Shown here in pieces: positions 63,709 to 64,000 of a DNA stretch of 64,000 nucleotides. The DNA comes from Octopus sinensis (taxonomy: Eukaryota). The stretch spans positions 41,726,001 through 41,790,000 of the forward strand of contig NC_042999.1 of assembly GCF_006345805.1 (NCBI RefSeq), given 5' to 3'. Numbering within the stretch: the first letter of the stretch is position 1; each line of letters opens with the position of its first letter. Position numbers and translations under genes: made by a program. The notes below the pieces were generated by a model. That model ran no database searches. It saw only the letters and a program-made list of their open reading frames with translations, and had not been told where the DNA came from.

Positions 63709-64000
63709 AAGCAAAAATTCCAGATCTAAAATCTATCTAAGAGATCAACGCAGTAGTTTTACTAACAAGTAATGTTCGCAGTCACTTCAACTTGGCTTTC
63801 CATTTGAATGGGCTTTACTGCGATCGTTTAACCCCAAGAGGACATCTCTAGCTCGCTAAAGATGCACAGCTGCATCCGAGATAGTGCGAGAAGGAGAGCG
63901 AACCCCTACCACCTTCTAGCCACGACCAGCAAACCAGGCTGGTTTCGGGTTATTTCTGCCTCTCTTCAGTACTGGACACATCTTCTTCTAGAGATGGTAG

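Overview
Eukaryotic, AT-rich, microsatellite-dense genomic DNA. The SINE families and (TA)n load suggest a cephalopod such as Octopus (inference). No host protein-coding gene can be supported. The window is dominated by a ~34.2 kb head-to-tail array of a 56-bp monomer (21293-55512, roughly 610 copies by length/56). The monomer has an internal 8-bp inverted repeat and a degenerate hammerhead-like layout, and the array shows patchy higher-order structure. About 0.5 kb to its left, pointing away from it, is a young-looking L1/Tx1-clade LINE. It has an intact 5' end, an ORF1 with a CCHC knuckle and an ORF2 with APE endonuclease plus partial RT, and it is unusually truncated at its 3' end. The flanks hold several tRNA-derived SINE families, Tc1/mariner and Penelope (GIY-YIG) remnants, two GGATCTTTTC-ended TIR elements with 8-bp target duplications (one an ~818-bp near-perfect foldback), several hairpin elements in (TA)n tracts, and a minimal-hammerhead-like motif. 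Nearly all ORFs in the supplied track are microsatellite or satellite artefacts. Boundaries were read by eye and may be off by a few bases.
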